Below, in pieces: positions 1-11,014 of a DNA stretch of 64,000 nucleotides. The stretch is from Bryobacteraceae bacterium. GTDB taxonomy: Bacteria; Acidobacteriota; Terriglobia; Bryobacterales; Bryobacteraceae. The stretch's first letter is position 1; each line of letters begins with the position of its first letter. The notes beneath the pieces were generated by a model, which was not told the origin of the DNA, ran no database searches, and worked only from the letters and a program-made list of their open reading frames with translations. The position numbers and the translations under genes are program-made. Location of the stretch: contig JAIEMJ010000030.1 in assembly GCA_019752335.1 (NCBI GenBank), positions 86,597 through 150,596 on the forward strand, written 5' to 3'.

Positions 1-29
1 GGGCGGCCAGCCGGCAACGCGACTGGGCG

Positions 30-1496
30 GTGCGCGCGGCACTGGGCGCCCGGGGCAGCGACCTGTTTCGCCAAGTGTGGATTGAAGCCGGATTGCTGGT
101 GGCGGCGGGCACAGCGCTGGGAGGGGCACTGGCCTGGGAAGGCCTGTCGTTACTGAGGCGCTTCGCACCGGCGGGATTTCCCCGGCTGGAGGATGTCTCG
201 CTCGACCTGCGGGTAGTCGGCTTTATGTTGTTGCTTGCCGCGTTGGCGGCGGGATTTGCGAGCGGGGTGCCGGTGTGGCGCTTGCGGCGGACGCAGCCGC
301 AGGAGGCTCTGCGCGCGGGCAATGAACGGAACTCGGAGACGAACGGCGAGCGGAGGGCCCGCCGGGCTTTGGTGTGTGCCGAAGTGGGGCTGAGCCTGGT
401 ACTGGCATCGGTGGGCGGATTTCTGCTGGTGAGTTTTGTGAAGGTAATGGGCGTGGATAAGGGCTTTGCCCCGGAGGAGCGCCTGACGTTTGAAGTGGCG
501 TTGTCGGGGGACCAATACAAGAAGGGGCCGCAGCGCAATCAGTTCTACGCGGAGTTTCTGGAGCGGTTGCGTAGTTTGCCAGGAGTGACGGGTGCCGGGC
601 TGACCAGCTATCTGCCTTTACAAGGCGAAATGTGGGTGAGCGGCATTCGGCGGCGGAAAAGCGATGAGTCGCTGCAGGTGAATGTGCGGGCGGTGAGCCC
701 CGGATACATGGCCGCGATGGGGATGAAGTTGCGCGGCGGACGTGAATTCGAAGAGGGGGACCGGCAGGTGATTGTGGTGTCCGAGCAGACGGCGAAGGCG
801 CTTTTCCTGGGCGAGGATCCGCTGGGCCAGGAGATTCCCGCACCCGAGGGCGGCGGCGTGGTGAAGGTGATCGGCGTGGTGAATGAGGTGAAGACGACGG
901 GCCTGGAGGCGGCGGCGCCGTTGACGGCGTATCTGCCGTACTGGGTGCGGTCCTCTCCGCAAGCCGCTTTTGTCGTACGCGGAAGTGGCGGCGAGGCGGC
1001 TCTCACCAGCGGGGTCCGCGCGGCGCTGAGCGCGCAGGACCGGGAGATTCCGCTGCACCGGCCGGCGATGATGGCTACTATCGTCGAGGCAGCGTTGGCG
1101 ACGCGGCGGCTCGAAACCTGGGTGGCGGCGGCGTTTGCGTTGGCTGGACTGGGTCTGGCGTGTTTGGGGGTGTTTGGCGTGGTGAGCTACGGCGTGACGC
1201 AGCGGACGAGCGAGTTCGGGATCCGCATGGCGCTGGGGGCGACGAGCGGCGAAGTGCTGCGGCTGGTGCTGCGGGAGACGGCGGGCTTGCTCGCGGTGGG
1301 CGTGGCCGTGGGAGTGGCGGGCGCGTTGGTGGTGAGCCGTTGGCTGGCGGCGCAACTTTACGGCGTGTCGGCGCGCGATCCGCTGGTGTTGTTGGCCGTG
1401 GTGGCGACGGTATGCGGAGTCGCGTTGGTGGCGAGTTACTGGCCGGCGCGTCGTGCGGCAGACCTTGATCCGATGCGGGCGTTGCGGCAGGAGTAA
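30..1496 (+). CDS. ABC transporter permease, FtsX/MacB-like C-terminal half; probably 5'-partial at the window edge
   Basis: Hydrophobic FtsX-type four-helix C-terminal region with a conserved VSYGVTQRTSEFGIRMALGA segment typical of MacB/FtsX permeases. The ORF opens at the window start. Confidence 0.7.
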   Translation: MRAALGARGSDLFRQVWIEAGLLVAAGTALGGALAWEGLSLLRRFAPAGFPRLEDVSLDLRVVGFMLLLAALAAGFASGVPVWRLRRTQPQEALRAGNERNSETNGERRARRALVCAEVGLSLVLASVGGFLLVSFVKVMGVDKGFAPEERLTFEVALSGDQYKKGPQRNQFYAEFLERLRSLPGVTGAGLTSYLPLQGEMWVSGIRRRKSDESLQVNVRAVSPGYMAAMGMKLRGGREFEEGDRQVIVVSEQTAKALFLGEDPLGQEIPAPEGGGVVKVIGVVNEVKTTGLEAAAPLTAYLPYWVRSSPQAAFVVRGSGGEAALTSGVRAALSAQDREIPLHRPAMMATIVEAALATRRLETWVAAAFALAGLGLACLGVFGVVSYGVTQRTSEFGIRMALGATSGEVLRLVLRETAGLLAVGVAVGVAGALVVSRWLAAQLYGVSARDPLVLLAVVATVCGVALVASYWPARRAADLDPMRALRQE

Positions 1497-1770
1497 GTGC
1501 TCCGGCGGAGTGTTCATGGAAGCGCGGAGACCCCAGCAAAAGAGGAACAATTCGTGAACGTGCCCCATCGCTTCAGGGGCTCAGAAAAAATGCGCAGGCC
1601 GCGCGCCATCTGGAGAGCCCGTCGCGTCAGCGATGGGGCCGCGCACGCGGAATATGCCTGTTTTGCTGGGGTTTTCGCCGTAAATCGTCGAAACGTGCCC
1701 CGTCGCTCACGCGGCGGGCTGTCCAGATTTCGCTTCAGTTCGGAGGCGCGAGACATTTTCCTGCGCTTCT

Positions 1771-3234
1771 TCACGCGATGGGCTCTGGCGGTGGCAATAA
1801 GTGTTTTTGAATTTTTCCCAACGCCGTTCGGGGTAGGCTTTCTACGGAGATGAAGGCGCGAGGAATCTTGAAAGATGCGAGATTGGCGCGGCAGGCAGCT
1901 TCGAGCGCCTGGGCATCGAAGGCGCCTTCAGGGACGATGTAGGCGAGAGGGACTTCGCCGCGGCGGGGATCGGGCGCGGCGGTGACGGCGACTTCGCGGA
2001 CGCCGGGTTGCTCGGCGAGGAACTCTTCAATTTCGCGGGGATAGATCTTGAAGCCGCCGGAAATGATGAGATCGCTGCGTCGGCCTTGGAGGGTGTAGTA
2101 GCCGTCGGGCGAACGGACAGCGAGGTCTCCGGTGCGGAACCAACCGTCGCGGTAGGCGGCTTGGGTGGCTTCGGGACGGCGCCAGTAGCCGGCGAAGAGG
2201 TTGGGGCCTTGAAGGTGCAGTTCGCCGGTTTCGCCGTCGGGGACGGGATCGCCGTCGGGGCTGAGGTTGCGGACACGGACGCCGGGAAGGGGAAGTCCGA
2301 CGGAGCCGGGCCGGCGTTCGCCAGCGTAGGGGTTCGAGAGATTCATGAGGGTCTCACTCATGCCGTAGCGTTCGAGAATGGTGTGGCCATAGAGGCGGCG
2401 GAAGTCTTCGAGAACGGCGACGGGCAAGGGGGCGGAGCCGGAGACGAAGAGACGGGCGCGGGCACCGACTTGGCGAGCCGTCGACTCCGGCCATTCGAGC
2501 AGCCGGTGGTACATGGTGGGGACGCCGAAGAAGACGGTGGGCCGGAAGGCTTGCATCCAACTGGCGGCCTGGTCATGCACAAAGCGTTCCTCCAGACGGA
2601 GGCGGCAGCCGCTGAGGAGCCAGCAATGGATGCCGTTGCCGAGTCCGTGGACGTGGAAGAGGGGAAGCGCGAGGAGTAAGCGGTCCTGCGCAGTAAATTG
2701 CCAGGTAGTTACTAAGTTGATGGCATTGACTACGAAATTGTGCTGGGTGAGGATCGCACCTTTGGCGACTCCGGTGGTGCCGGACGTATAGACGATAGCG
2801 GCGGGGGTATCGGCGTCGATGACTTGGCAGAGGCGGGTGGTTGGCTCGGCGATGGCCTTGGCGGACATTTCTTCCACCAGCCAAACGGGAAGGGTCGTGG
2901 TGAAGTGGGGGAGTAAGTCGCGACAGGTGATGACGGCGGCGGGCTCGGCGTCGCGTAAGATGTGGGCAATTTCACGGTCGCGGTAAAGAACGTTGATGGG
3001 TACGAAGATGATGCCGAGACGGGTGGCGGCGAGGAATAGCTCAATAAAGGCGAGGCTGTTGGGGAGATAGATGCAGAGGCGGTCGCCGGGCTGGAGGCCG
3101 CGGTTGGTGAGTAAGTGTGCCATGCGGTTGGCACCGTGGTCGATTTCCTGGAAGGTGTAGGCGCGGTCCCATTCGAGGGCGATGTCGTTGGGGCGACTGG
3201 TGAAGGTGAGGTCGAAGAGGGTGGTTAGGGTCAC
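1771..3234 (-). CDS. AMP-dependent acyl-CoA synthetase/ligase (long-chain-fatty-acid--CoA ligase-like)
   Basis: AMP-binding motif YTSGTTGVAKGA, GYGMSE-like motif and C-terminal PRTALGKIQK motif. Confidence 0.85.
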   Translation of the reverse strand: MTLTTLFDLTFTSRPNDIALEWDRAYTFQEIDHGANRMAHLLTNRGLQPGDRLCIYLPNSLAFIELFLAATRLGIIFVPINVLYRDREIAHILRDAEPAAVITCRDLLPHFTTTLPVWLVEEMSAKAIAEPTTRLCQVIDADTPAAIVYTSGTTGVAKGAILTQHNFVVNAINLVTTWQFTAQDRLLLALPLFHVHGLGNGIHCWLLSGCRLRLEERFVHDQAASWMQAFRPTVFFGVPTMYHRLLEWPESTARQVGARARLFVSGSAPLPVAVLEDFRRLYGHTILERYGMSETLMNLSNPYAGERRPGSVGLPLPGVRVRNLSPDGDPVPDGETGELHLQGPNLFAGYWRRPEATQAAYRDGWFRTGDLAVRSPDGYYTLQGRRSDLIISGGFKIYPREIEEFLAEQPGVREVAVTAAPDPRRGEVPLAYIVPEGAFDAQALEAACRANLASFKIPRAFISVESLPRTALGKIQKHLLPPPEPIA

Positions 3235-3268
3235 TTGAGTTTTGCAGGGACGGGCCAGGAGGCCCGTC

Positions 3269-4507
3269 CTACCAGTTCGTGTACGAGCCGTCTGGGCGGC
3301 GGATCATGGGAATGGCGGTGTAGCGTTCCTTGTATTCTCCAATTAATTGTAACTTGGTGGTGTCGACTTCGACACCGATGCCGGGACGCTCGTTGGGCCA
3401 GAGTTTTCCGTTGCGTAGGTCATAGCCTTGGTTGAGGTAGGGCCACGGGCGCGTGCCTCCCATGACCATTTCCATGAGGACGGGGCCGGAGAAGGCGGCG
3501 GAGCAGTGAACCATGGCGGCTTCCGAGATGGGTCCGGTGAAGTGGGGAATTAGTCCGGTGTAGTGAGTTTCGCAGAGGCTGGCGATTTTTTGAAATTCGG
3601 TGATACCGCCGACGTTGGGGATGGTGGCGCGGGCGTAATCGATGAGGTGTTCTTCGATGAGGGGATTCCATTCCCACTTGGGCCCGAATTGCTCGCCGAC
3701 GGCGATGGGGACCTTTACTTGATGGCGCAGAGTGCGGTAAATAGCGGGGTTCTCACTGCGGACCAAGTCTTCCACGAAGTAAGGACGTAGCGGCTCGATG
3801 AGGTTAGCGAGCGCGACGGCGTCGGGCATGTCGAGTTCGGTGTGGAAGTCAATGCACCAGGCGCCGTCTTTACCCGCGCCCTCGCGGACTTCCTTGCAGA
3901 GGTTGTAAGTGCGGGTGACGTTTTCAAAACGATCTGAGACCGGGCCGCGTCCGTCAGTGGAGATGCGATAGGCGCGGAAGCCGGCTTCGATGCAGGCTTT
4001 GGCGACTTCTTTAGGAGTGCCAGGGGCGGGATAGCCGGTGGAGTAGCATTCGACGTAATCGCGCGACTGGCCGCCGAGGAGCTGATAGACGGGGACGCCG
4101 AGCGCTTTGCCTTTGAGGTCCCAGAGGGCGACGTCGAGCGCGCCGAGGGCGTGTACTTTCTCGCGGCCTGCAGGATAGAAGTAGCCACGGTACATGGTTT
4201 GCCAGAGGCGGTCCGTGCGGAAGGGGTCCTCGCCGATGAGCATGCCGGCACACTGCTCCATGGTGTCACCCGCACCGCCTTCGCCGACGCCGGTGAGGCC
4301 GATGTCGGTATCGACGAGCACGACGTTGGTGCTTTGGTTGAAGAGCGGCTGCTTCAGGTTGGGGCGTCCGGCGGCGTCGGTAGGGGTTTTGTAGTAACGG
4401 ACGCCGGTGATTTTGGCTTTGGGCAGGCCGAGGGCGTCTGCGCGGTCGGCGAGGGTGGCGACACCTGCGGCGGCGGAGAGATTTCGGAAGAAGGCTCGTC
4501 GATTCAT
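3269..4507 (-). CDS. Enolase-superfamily enzyme (mandelate racemase/muconate lactonizing family, galactonate dehydratase-like) with Tat signal
   Basis: N-terminal MNRRAFFRNLSAAAGVATLA twin-arginine signal. MR/MLE N- and C-domain pattern with KxK and D/E/D metal ligands. Confidence 0.75.
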   Translation of the reverse strand: MNRRAFFRNLSAAAGVATLADRADALGLPKAKITGVRYYKTPTDAAGRPNLKQPLFNQSTNVVLVDTDIGLTGVGEGGAGDTMEQCAGMLIGEDPFRTDRLWQTMYRGYFYPAGREKVHALGALDVALWDLKGKALGVPVYQLLGGQSRDYVECYSTGYPAPGTPKEVAKACIEAGFRAYRISTDGRGPVSDRFENVTRTYNLCKEVREGAGKDGAWCIDFHTELDMPDAVALANLIEPLRPYFVEDLVRSENPAIYRTLRHQVKVPIAVGEQFGPKWEWNPLIEEHLIDYARATIPNVGGITEFQKIASLCETHYTGLIPHFTGPISEAAMVHCSAAFSGPVLMEMVMGGTRPWPYLNQGYDLRNGKLWPNERPGIGVEVDTTKLQLIGEYKERYTAIPMIRRPDGSYTNW

Positions 4508-4588
4508 CGTGTTGCCATGTTATTACAACCTTGCGGCCGCTTCATGTGACTTTTGCGAGAAGCGTGGGGTCTTTGTGAATGAAGAGAA

Positions 4589-5209
4589 ATGTACGTTAGA
4601 TCCTGGAAACCAAATCCCATGCAGAGTCGCGCGATGCGCACGGTCCTGGCCTCGTCGGGCGATTCACCAGAAAGGCCGCCGGAGCCGGCACCAGCATCCC
4701 GGCGAGGCCGCCCAAAGGAGAATGAGGGTGTGCGCCGTCGGCGGATGCAAGAAGACATGACTCCTGGCGCGCCGGTACCGCGATTGCAACGGCTTTCTAT
4801 TCGCGTGCGGGAGAAGCGAAACATAAAGGAGGCCCCGCGGCCTTTCTCCAGCGCGGCGCCGACACTCGCGGACCTCATTTGCATTGCGGCTTTGGAAGCA
4901 AATCTGACTCGGCCGGAGAGGCTAATTCAGGTGTCGTTGAAGGACTTGCCCGCGGTGCGTGTAGCGGAGGCGGGGGCTGCCGCGGTGCAAGCTTGTCTGC
5001 TGTACCTGGCGGATCAAGTGGACGAGAGTACGGTGCAAGTGGAAGCGCGCGGACGCCTGGGCGTGGCAGACCGCGTGCTGACGGAATTCCGGTTGACGAG
5101 TGCGGCATCCGGGCTTCGTGGGAGGCTACAGCTCAATGAAGAATTCGGCTTGGAGGTGACGGAGAGCTCCGCGACGGTGCGGCTACGCGTCGCTACCGGG
5201 CCAGAATAA
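4589..5209 (+). CDS. Hypothetical protein (may be spurious)
   Basis: The only sizeable ORF in a 685-bp gap between two minus-strand genes. The N-terminus is low-complexity and there are no recognisable motifs. Confidence 0.2.
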   Translation: MYVRSWKPNPMQSRAMRTVLASSGDSPERPPEPAPASRRGRPKENEGVRRRRMQEDMTPGAPVPRLQRLSIRVREKRNIKEAPRPFSSAAPTLADLICIAALEANLTRPERLIQVSLKDLPAVRVAEAGAAAVQACLLYLADQVDESTVQVEARGRLGVADRVLTEFRLTSAASGLRGRLQLNEEFGLEVTESSATVRLRVATGPE

Positions 5210-6161
5210 CTTCGAGGCCAGCGAGCGCGTCTTCCGCAGGGACCAGCATCGGCCCCCCGGTCGCCACGGCGATGCGGAATTGCTCAATCACGTCTTCGTG
5301 AATTCTCTTCCCCGCTGGCCGCGAATGGTCTTCACAACCGGTGGCGCGATGCAAGAGTAACTTGCCAGATGAGTCCTTCGAGAACAACGGACTAGACAGA
5401 ATCATTCCCGCAGTGCCCCAGATTTCAATGGCGTTGCTTTGTTCAGGGTCAGGACAGTGGGCGCTCCAATGCGTGGTGACAGTGGCGTGAGCGCCGCTTT
5501 TGAGGCGCAGGAGCATGGTGGCGGTGTCCTCGACATCGGTATGGTACGCGAGCGAGTCAGTGAGGACGGCGGCGGTGTCAATGGGTCCGCAGAGATACAT
5601 GAGCAGGTCGAGGCAGTGGCTGCCGAGATCCATGATGGGTCCTCCCCCGGCGACGGCGCGCGAGTGCCGCCAGGCATCGGGCGTGGGCGGGGAGTAACTT
5701 GAAAAATTCAGGCGCACGGAGACGACGCGGCCGATGACGGCGTCGTTGAGCCATTGGCGTATCTGCTGGTGACGCGTGTTGGCGCGTTGGTAGTGGCAGA
5801 TCATTAGCCGGACGTTGTTTCCCTCACAAACATCGATCATGGCTTGCGCTGCGGCGACGGTGGAAGCGATCGGCTTCTCGCAAAGGACATGCTTGCCGGC
5901 ACGTGCCGCGAGCGCCGTAAGTTCAGCGTGCGATGACGGCGGCGTGCCGATGAAGACAGCGTCGATGGTGGGATCGGCGACGAGGTCCTCCGCGCTCGTG
6001 TAGACACGGTCCACGTTGAAGTCCTTCGCGAAAGCCACGGCTTCCGCGGGGTTCCGGCGCATGATGGCGGCGAGGCGATGGCCGGGCGCGTTCTGCATAG
6101 CGGCCGCGACATGCTTGCGGGCGATATCACCTGCGCCAAGGATTCCCCAGGAAAACGGCAT
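5193..6161 (-). CDS. Gfo/Idh/MocA family NAD(P)-dependent oxidoreductase
   Basis: N-terminal Rossmann GxGxxA (ILGAGDIARKH) and EKP motif (CEKPIA) characteristic of the family. Confidence 0.85.
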   Translation of the reverse strand: MPFSWGILGAGDIARKHVAAAMQNAPGHRLAAIMRRNPAEAVAFAKDFNVDRVYTSAEDLVADPTIDAVFIGTPPSSHAELTALAARAGKHVLCEKPIASTVAAAQAMIDVCEGNNVRLMICHYQRANTRHQQIRQWLNDAVIGRVVSVRLNFSSYSPPTPDAWRHSRAVAGGGPIMDLGSHCLDLLMYLCGPIDTAAVLTDSLAYHTDVEDTATMLLRLKSGAHATVTTHWSAHCPDPEQSNAIEIWGTAGMILSSPLFSKDSSGKLLLHRATGCEDHSRPAGKRIHEDVIEQFRIAVATGGPMLVPAEDALAGLEVILAR

Positions 6162-6166
6162 GTCGT

Positions 6167-7306
6167 TTAGCTCGAGGCGAGCGACTCAGCGTTGGTGACG
6201 GGGACTTGATCCACAATTTCGACGCCAAAGCCCTCCAGCCCGGGCACTTTGCGCGGATGATTCGTGAGCAAACGAATGCGCTTCAGGCCGAGGTCGGCGA
6301 GGATCTGGGCGCCAATGCCCGCTTCGTGTTGGGTTTCGTGATGAGGATCCGAGGGCGTAAAGCGCTGGAAGTCCTCTCCGTGGGTGAGGATGCGTTCGCC
6401 GTCGATACGGAGGCCGAGTCCGGTTTGGTGGAGGTAGACGACGACACCGGCGCCTTCGCGCGCAATGGCGGCCAGGCTTTGGTCGAGCAATTCGCGGCAA
6501 CGGCAACGCTGTCCGCCAAAAACGTCGCCATAGACGCAGTGGGAGTGCATGCGGACGAGGGCGGCGGGGCGCGCGGTGGGGTCGCCGAAAACGAGTGCGA
6601 GGTGGCGTTCCGGGCTCATCGAACTCGAGTAACTCAGCGTGCGGAAGGTACCGTGCGGGGTGTCAATCGAGCCGACCGCTTGGCGCGCGATGAAGCGCTC
6701 ATGCAGCATGCGGTAGCGGATGAGGTCGGCGACGGTGATGAGCTTTAGATCGTGTTTACGGCAGAAGACGGTAAGGTCCGGCAGGCGGGACATGGAGCCA
6801 TCGTCGTTCATGATTTCGCAAATGACGCCGCCGGGAGAGAGCCCGGCGAGGCGCGCGAGATCGACGGCGGCTTCGGTTTGCCCCGCGCGAACGAGGACAC
6901 CGCCTTCGCGGGCACGCAGGGGAAAGACGTGGCCGGGCCGGGCGAGATCCTCGGCGCGGGTGTTGGGGTGCATGCAGAGCTGAATGGTGAGCGCGCGGTC
7001 AGCCGCGGAGATGCCGGTGGATACGCCATGGCGTGCGTCAATGGATTCGGTAAAGGCGGTGCCGAAATTTGACGTGTTCTTCGGCGACATAAGCGGCAGG
7101 CCAAGAGCCTCGCAACGTTCGGGGCTGATGGCGAGACAGATGAGGCCGCGGCCGTGGACGGCCATGAAGTTAATGGCCTCCGGGGTGACGAAGTCGGCGG
7201 CGATGGTGAGGTCGCCTTCGTTCTCGCGGTCTTCGTCGTCGACGACGACGAGCATGCGTCCGCGACGAAAATCTTCAAGGGCGGCGGGGATCGACGCGAA
7301 GGGCAT
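6167..7306 (-). CDS. ribBA: Bifunctional 3,4-dihydroxy-2-butanone-4-phosphate synthase / GTP cyclohydrolase II
   Basis: DHBP synthase N-domain (RENEGDL, HGRG, FTESIDA) followed by a GTP cyclohydrolase II-like domain (CxCRC motif in [19 protein letters not shown]). Confidence 0.9.
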   Translation of the reverse strand: MPFASIPAALEDFRRGRMLVVVDDEDRENEGDLTIAADFVTPEAINFMAVHGRGLICLAISPERCEALGLPLMSPKNTSNFGTAFTESIDARHGVSTGISAADRALTIQLCMHPNTRAEDLARPGHVFPLRAREGGVLVRAGQTEAAVDLARLAGLSPGGVICEIMNDDGSMSRLPDLTVFCRKHDLKLITVADLIRYRMLHERFIARQAVGSIDTPHGTFRTLSYSSSMSPERHLALVFGDPTARPAALVRMHSHCVYGDVFGGQRCRCRELLDQSLAAIAREGAGVVVYLHQTGLGLRIDGERILTHGEDFQRFTPSDPHHETQHEAGIGAQILADLGLKRIRLLTNHPRKVPGLEGFGVEIVDQVPVTNAESLASS

Positions 7307-7534
7307 AGATACTTCTATTCTAAGATGCGCCGCGCGTGGCGCGAAAGTCTTTCCTTTTCAAACGGTTGCGCGCGGCTCTCGAAAACGTGCCGCACGCAGA
7401 ACGGCCGTTCACGCACAATTGGAAATTTATAAGCTTCTTATTTTCAACGCTTTAGTAAAAGCGGTGGGGTCAGAATTTTCAGCCGAATTGCTATTCTCAA
7501 ATCGGGCGAAGGGAAAACCGCCCAACGGAGCCGG

Positions 7535-8827
7535 ATGAAAGAGGAAACACGATGGCGAGATATTGGTTACAGCCCGCTGCCTTCCCAGGCGCGTTTTCAC
7601 CGGTTGAAGACTCGCTTCAAGGGTTTTTCCGGTCCGGTGGGATCGGGCAAGAGCGCGGCGCTATGCCAAGAGGCGATTCGGTTGGCTTACCGGAATCCGG
7701 GGCGTCTTGGACTGTTGGGCGCCCCAACTTATCCGATGCTGAAAGACGCTACGCAGCACAGTCTCCTGGAGATACTGGAACGGGCGCGAATTCCGTTTGA
7801 CTTGAATAAGTCGAATAACTACGTGATCCTCACGGAGTGTGAGGCGAAGATATTGTTTCGTTCGATGGAAGAGTACGAACGGCTGCGGGGAACGAATCTG
7901 GCATGGTTCGGCCTTGACGAATTGACTTACACGGCAGAGGCGGCCTGGTTGCGGTTAGAGGCCCGGCTGCGCGATCCGAAAGCGAAGTCGCTTTGTGGGT
8001 TTGCGGTGTGGACACCGAACGGGCAGGACTGGGTTTATCAGCGTTTCGTCGAGAAACGAATTCGTGGTTACGGAACCGTTTTGGCCAAGCCGTTTGAGAA
8101 TCGGTACTTACTTGAGGCGGTGCCTGACTATTATGAGCGGCTGAAGCACAGCTACGATACCCGCTTTTATGAGCAAGAAGCATTAGGGGCTTATCACGAA
8201 TCCGGCCGCGACTTAGTTTATCGGGCGTTTCAACGGTCAACGAATGTGCGCGCCGTCCCGGTGGACCCGAAGCAGCCGCTGCTGTGGACATTGGATTTCA
8301 ATGTCGATCCGATGTGCTCGTTGGTGGCGCAGCGTTCTGGCGAGTGTGTCCAAGTGATTGATGAGATTGTGATCCCGCGAGCTTCGACGGAAGAGGCTTG
8401 CGAAGAGTTTGTGCGGCGCTTTCCGCAGCACGCAGCCGGCGTAAGAATTACGGGGGACGCTTCGGGCAACCACCGGCAGACGTCAGGGACGACAGACTAT
8501 GACATGATCCGGCGTTTCTTTTGTCGGGTGGGTATGAAGGCGGTGAGTTATCACGTGCCGGCAGCCAACCCCCGCGTGGCGGATCGGGTTCGGCTCGTGA
8601 ACGCGAAATTGCAGAACGCGGCCGGCGCCGTGGAGCTACTGATCCACGAGAGATGCAAAGAGTTGTTGAAGGATTTCGCGGAGGTCCGGTATCGAGAAGG
8701 CACCGCGCTGATCGATAAGGACTCCGACCCGCGAAGAACACATTTGTCGGATGCGCTCGGGTATCTGATCTGGCAGGAGTTCGGCCCGCGCCCCGTTGTG
8801 GGCGAAAAGAACTTTCCGCTTTTCTGA
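7535..8827 (+). CDS. Phage terminase large subunit
   Basis: Walker A motif GPVGSGKS near the N-terminus, a Walker B-like LDELTY segment and a C-terminal nuclease-like region. First gene of the structural block. Confidence 0.8.
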   Translation: MKEETRWRDIGYSPLPSQARFHRLKTRFKGFSGPVGSGKSAALCQEAIRLAYRNPGRLGLLGAPTYPMLKDATQHSLLEILERARIPFDLNKSNNYVILTECEAKILFRSMEEYERLRGTNLAWFGLDELTYTAEAAWLRLEARLRDPKAKSLCGFAVWTPNGQDWVYQRFVEKRIRGYGTVLAKPFENRYLLEAVPDYYERLKHSYDTRFYEQEALGAYHESGRDLVYRAFQRSTNVRAVPVDPKQPLLWTLDFNVDPMCSLVAQRSGECVQVIDEIVIPRASTEEACEEFVRRFPQHAAGVRITGDASGNHRQTSGTTDYDMIRRFFCRVGMKAVSYHVPAANPRVADRVRLVNAKLQNAAGAVELLIHERCKELLKDFAEVRYREGTALIDKDSDPRRTHLSDALGYLIWQEFGPRPVVGEKNFPLF

Positions 8828-8884
8828 GGCTGCCGCCTGGGGAAGCAGGCGATTTTTCAGAATTACGGCAAGGAGCTACAAATC

Positions 8885-10267
8885 GTGCTTGACATTACTC
8901 GCGAACACCCAGAATACGTGATGCGGCGTGTGACGTTTCAGCAGTACCGCGATCTCTACGCGGGTGGGGCACAGTTCGCGCTGAACTCTTATGCGTATTT
9001 GACGCCGAGGCAGAGGGAGCCACAGCAGGTTTACGCGGAGCGCGCCAGCCACGCCTATTACGAGAACTACATTGGCTCGATTATTGACTGGTATGCGGCC
9101 ACGTTATTTCGCCGCGAGCCAGTGATTACCCTGGACGGTGACAATGTCAGCGGGAAGCGCTTTTTCGGGCAACTCAACGACGACTGCGACCGCAAAGGAA
9201 CCGCGCTGACTGACTTTTTCCGAAGCCTCTTCACGGACACCCTGGTGCAAGGCGCGTCGCATATCCTAGTGGATTTTCCGCGGCCAGGAACGACGCCGCT
9301 GACCCGCGCCGAAGAGGAGGCACAGGGCATATCGCGGGCCTTCCTGGTGCCGTATACCGCGGAGGAATTGATCAACTGGAGCCGGGACCCGGACGGCAAC
9401 TACGAGTGGGTGGTATTGCGCACGTCGCAACTGCGGCAAGAGCGCATCGATGTGGGCGATTGGACGCCGGAGACCCGCTGGCTGTATCTGGATCGCACGC
9501 AGTACCGGCTATGGAGGCAAAGCTCGAAGCCGTCCTCAGGAAATTTGATTGAAATCGAGGACCAGGGTACGCACGCTCTCGCCAAGCTTCACCGGGTGCC
9601 CTTGTTCGACCTACGGGCGACGCAGGGGCTCTGGCTAATGAATAAAGCGGCTTCCTTGCAGCTTGAGCACTTCAATAAGTCGAACGCACTCTCCTGGGCG
9701 TTGACCAATGGCCTGTTCGCGACGCCGGTGGTGTACAGCGACAAAGAACTTACGCAAAATATCGGAGACAGCTACTTTCTCCAGCTAGGCGCGGGAGATC
9801 GCTTTGGCTGGACGGAGCCGCAAGGCAACGTGCATCACATTGCATCGCAGAATTTGGAGCGTCTACAAACGGAGATCTACCGGGTTTCCTACTTGCTGGC
9901 CCAAGCCGGCGGACCTTCGTCGGCCGCCCAATCCGGACTGAGCAAGCTGCGCGACTACGCCATCACGATTGAGATCCTCCGGGGCTACGGCGACATGGTG
10001 AAGGATTGTATGAAGCGGGTGCTGCGTACGATCGAACAGACTCGCGAGGATGGGCTCGCGATTGATGTCTCCGGACTGGACGAGTTCGATATCGCCGACT
10101 TCAGCAACGATCTCGACGAAGCAGAGCGTCTCTTGAAGCTCGGGATCGAGTCGCCCACGATGAAGCGTCAAGTCTTCAAGAAGCTTGCCTTGAAGTATCT
10201 TTGCGATGCGCGCCAGGAGCTAAAGGACCAGATCGCGGCGGAGATCGACGAGTCGCATCGCGGCTGA
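8885..10267 (+). CDS. Putative phage portal protein
   Basis: 460-aa protein immediately after the terminase and before the scaffold and capsid genes. Size and position fit a portal. No definitive motif was recognised. Confidence 0.5.
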   Translation: MLDITREHPEYVMRRVTFQQYRDLYAGGAQFALNSYAYLTPRQREPQQVYAERASHAYYENYIGSIIDWYAATLFRREPVITLDGDNVSGKRFFGQLNDDCDRKGTALTDFFRSLFTDTLVQGASHILVDFPRPGTTPLTRAEEEAQGISRAFLVPYTAEELINWSRDPDGNYEWVVLRTSQLRQERIDVGDWTPETRWLYLDRTQYRLWRQSSKPSSGNLIEIEDQGTHALAKLHRVPLFDLRATQGLWLMNKAASLQLEHFNKSNALSWALTNGLFATPVVYSDKELTQNIGDSYFLQLGAGDRFGWTEPQGNVHHIASQNLERLQTEIYRVSYLLAQAGGPSSAAQSGLSKLRDYAITIEILRGYGDMVKDCMKRVLRTIEQTREDGLAIDVSGLDEFDIADFSNDLDEAERLLKLGIESPTMKRQVFKKLALKYLCDARQELKDQIAAEIDESHRG

Positions 10268-10353
10268 TTGCCAAGCAACTTTTTGTCGACGGCGGGAGTG
10301 TCAAGGGTAATCCCCTGAAGCTGCCGCCGTTTTCTTTTTGAAAGGGGAACTCA

Positions 10354-10929
10354 ATGGAAGAAGAGCAAAGTAAGAGTCAAGCGGATGTGCGCGATGTAAT
10401 CCGCCAGGCGATTAACGACTTTGTCGCCACGGAACAGGCCAAGGCTGAACCGGCCTACAAAGCCGAACTCGCCGAGGAGCGCAAGCGGCGGGAGCAACTG
10501 GAACGCCGAATGAACGAGATGGCCGAGGAGAATCGGAAGAGCCGAGCCATCGCGGAGGAAGCGGAGCGTACGTCGACAATCCGGAGTGAGCTACAGCGCC
10601 TGGGGGTAGTAAAGCTCGATCTGGCTTATCGGGCCGTAAAGGACGACATCCAACGAACGGAGGACGGCCGTTTAGTCGGCCGCCAGGATGGCGAAGACCT
10701 GACCATCCAAAGCTACCTTAAGCAATTCGTGGAAGAGAATCCCGAGTTGTTGCCCGCGCGGATCACGGCCGGCATCGGCACCAGTCCGAATCGCGGTGGC
10801 GCCTCTGGCGCTTCTGCGCCGGCGAATCTCGACTTAGACCGGATTCGCCCGGGCATGAATCCAGAGGAGCTGGAGCGGGTGCGTCAAGAAATTGCGCGGG
10901 TGGCCAACCAGTCACTCCGCAACGGTTAA
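10354..10929 (+). CDS. Putative phage scaffolding protein
   Basis: 191-aa highly charged predicted coiled-coil protein (AEERKRREQLERRMNEMAEENRK) between the portal and capsid genes, preceded by an AAGGGG RBS. Confidence 0.4.
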   Translation: MEEEQSKSQADVRDVIRQAINDFVATEQAKAEPAYKAELAEERKRREQLERRMNEMAEENRKSRAIAEEAERTSTIRSELQRLGVVKLDLAYRAVKDDIQRTEDGRLVGRQDGEDLTIQSYLKQFVEENPELLPARITAGIGTSPNRGGASGASAPANLDLDRIRPGMNPEELERVRQEIARVANQSLRNG

Positions 10930-11014
10930 GTGAGCTATTCCAACCTTGAGCACGGGAACGATACGGTCCTGGGCTTGATTATCAACTAACTAAGTCAACA
11001 AAGGAGACTTTCGA

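Noticed and set aside
150-1568. Several long minus-strand ORFs (121-316 aa) antisense to the FtsX permease gene
   Set aside because: Translations are Arg/Pro/Ala/His-rich low-complexity typical of antisense frames in high-GC DNA. The sense-strand product has a clear family signature.
2008-2679. 223-aa plus-strand ORF inside the acyl-CoA ligase gene
   Set aside because: Antisense Gly/Ala/Glu-rich artefact. The minus-strand gene carries the AMP-binding motifs.
7307-7534. Possible FMN riboswitch in the ribBA leader
   Set aside because: Neither strand contains the conserved RFN-element core sequences, so none is called.
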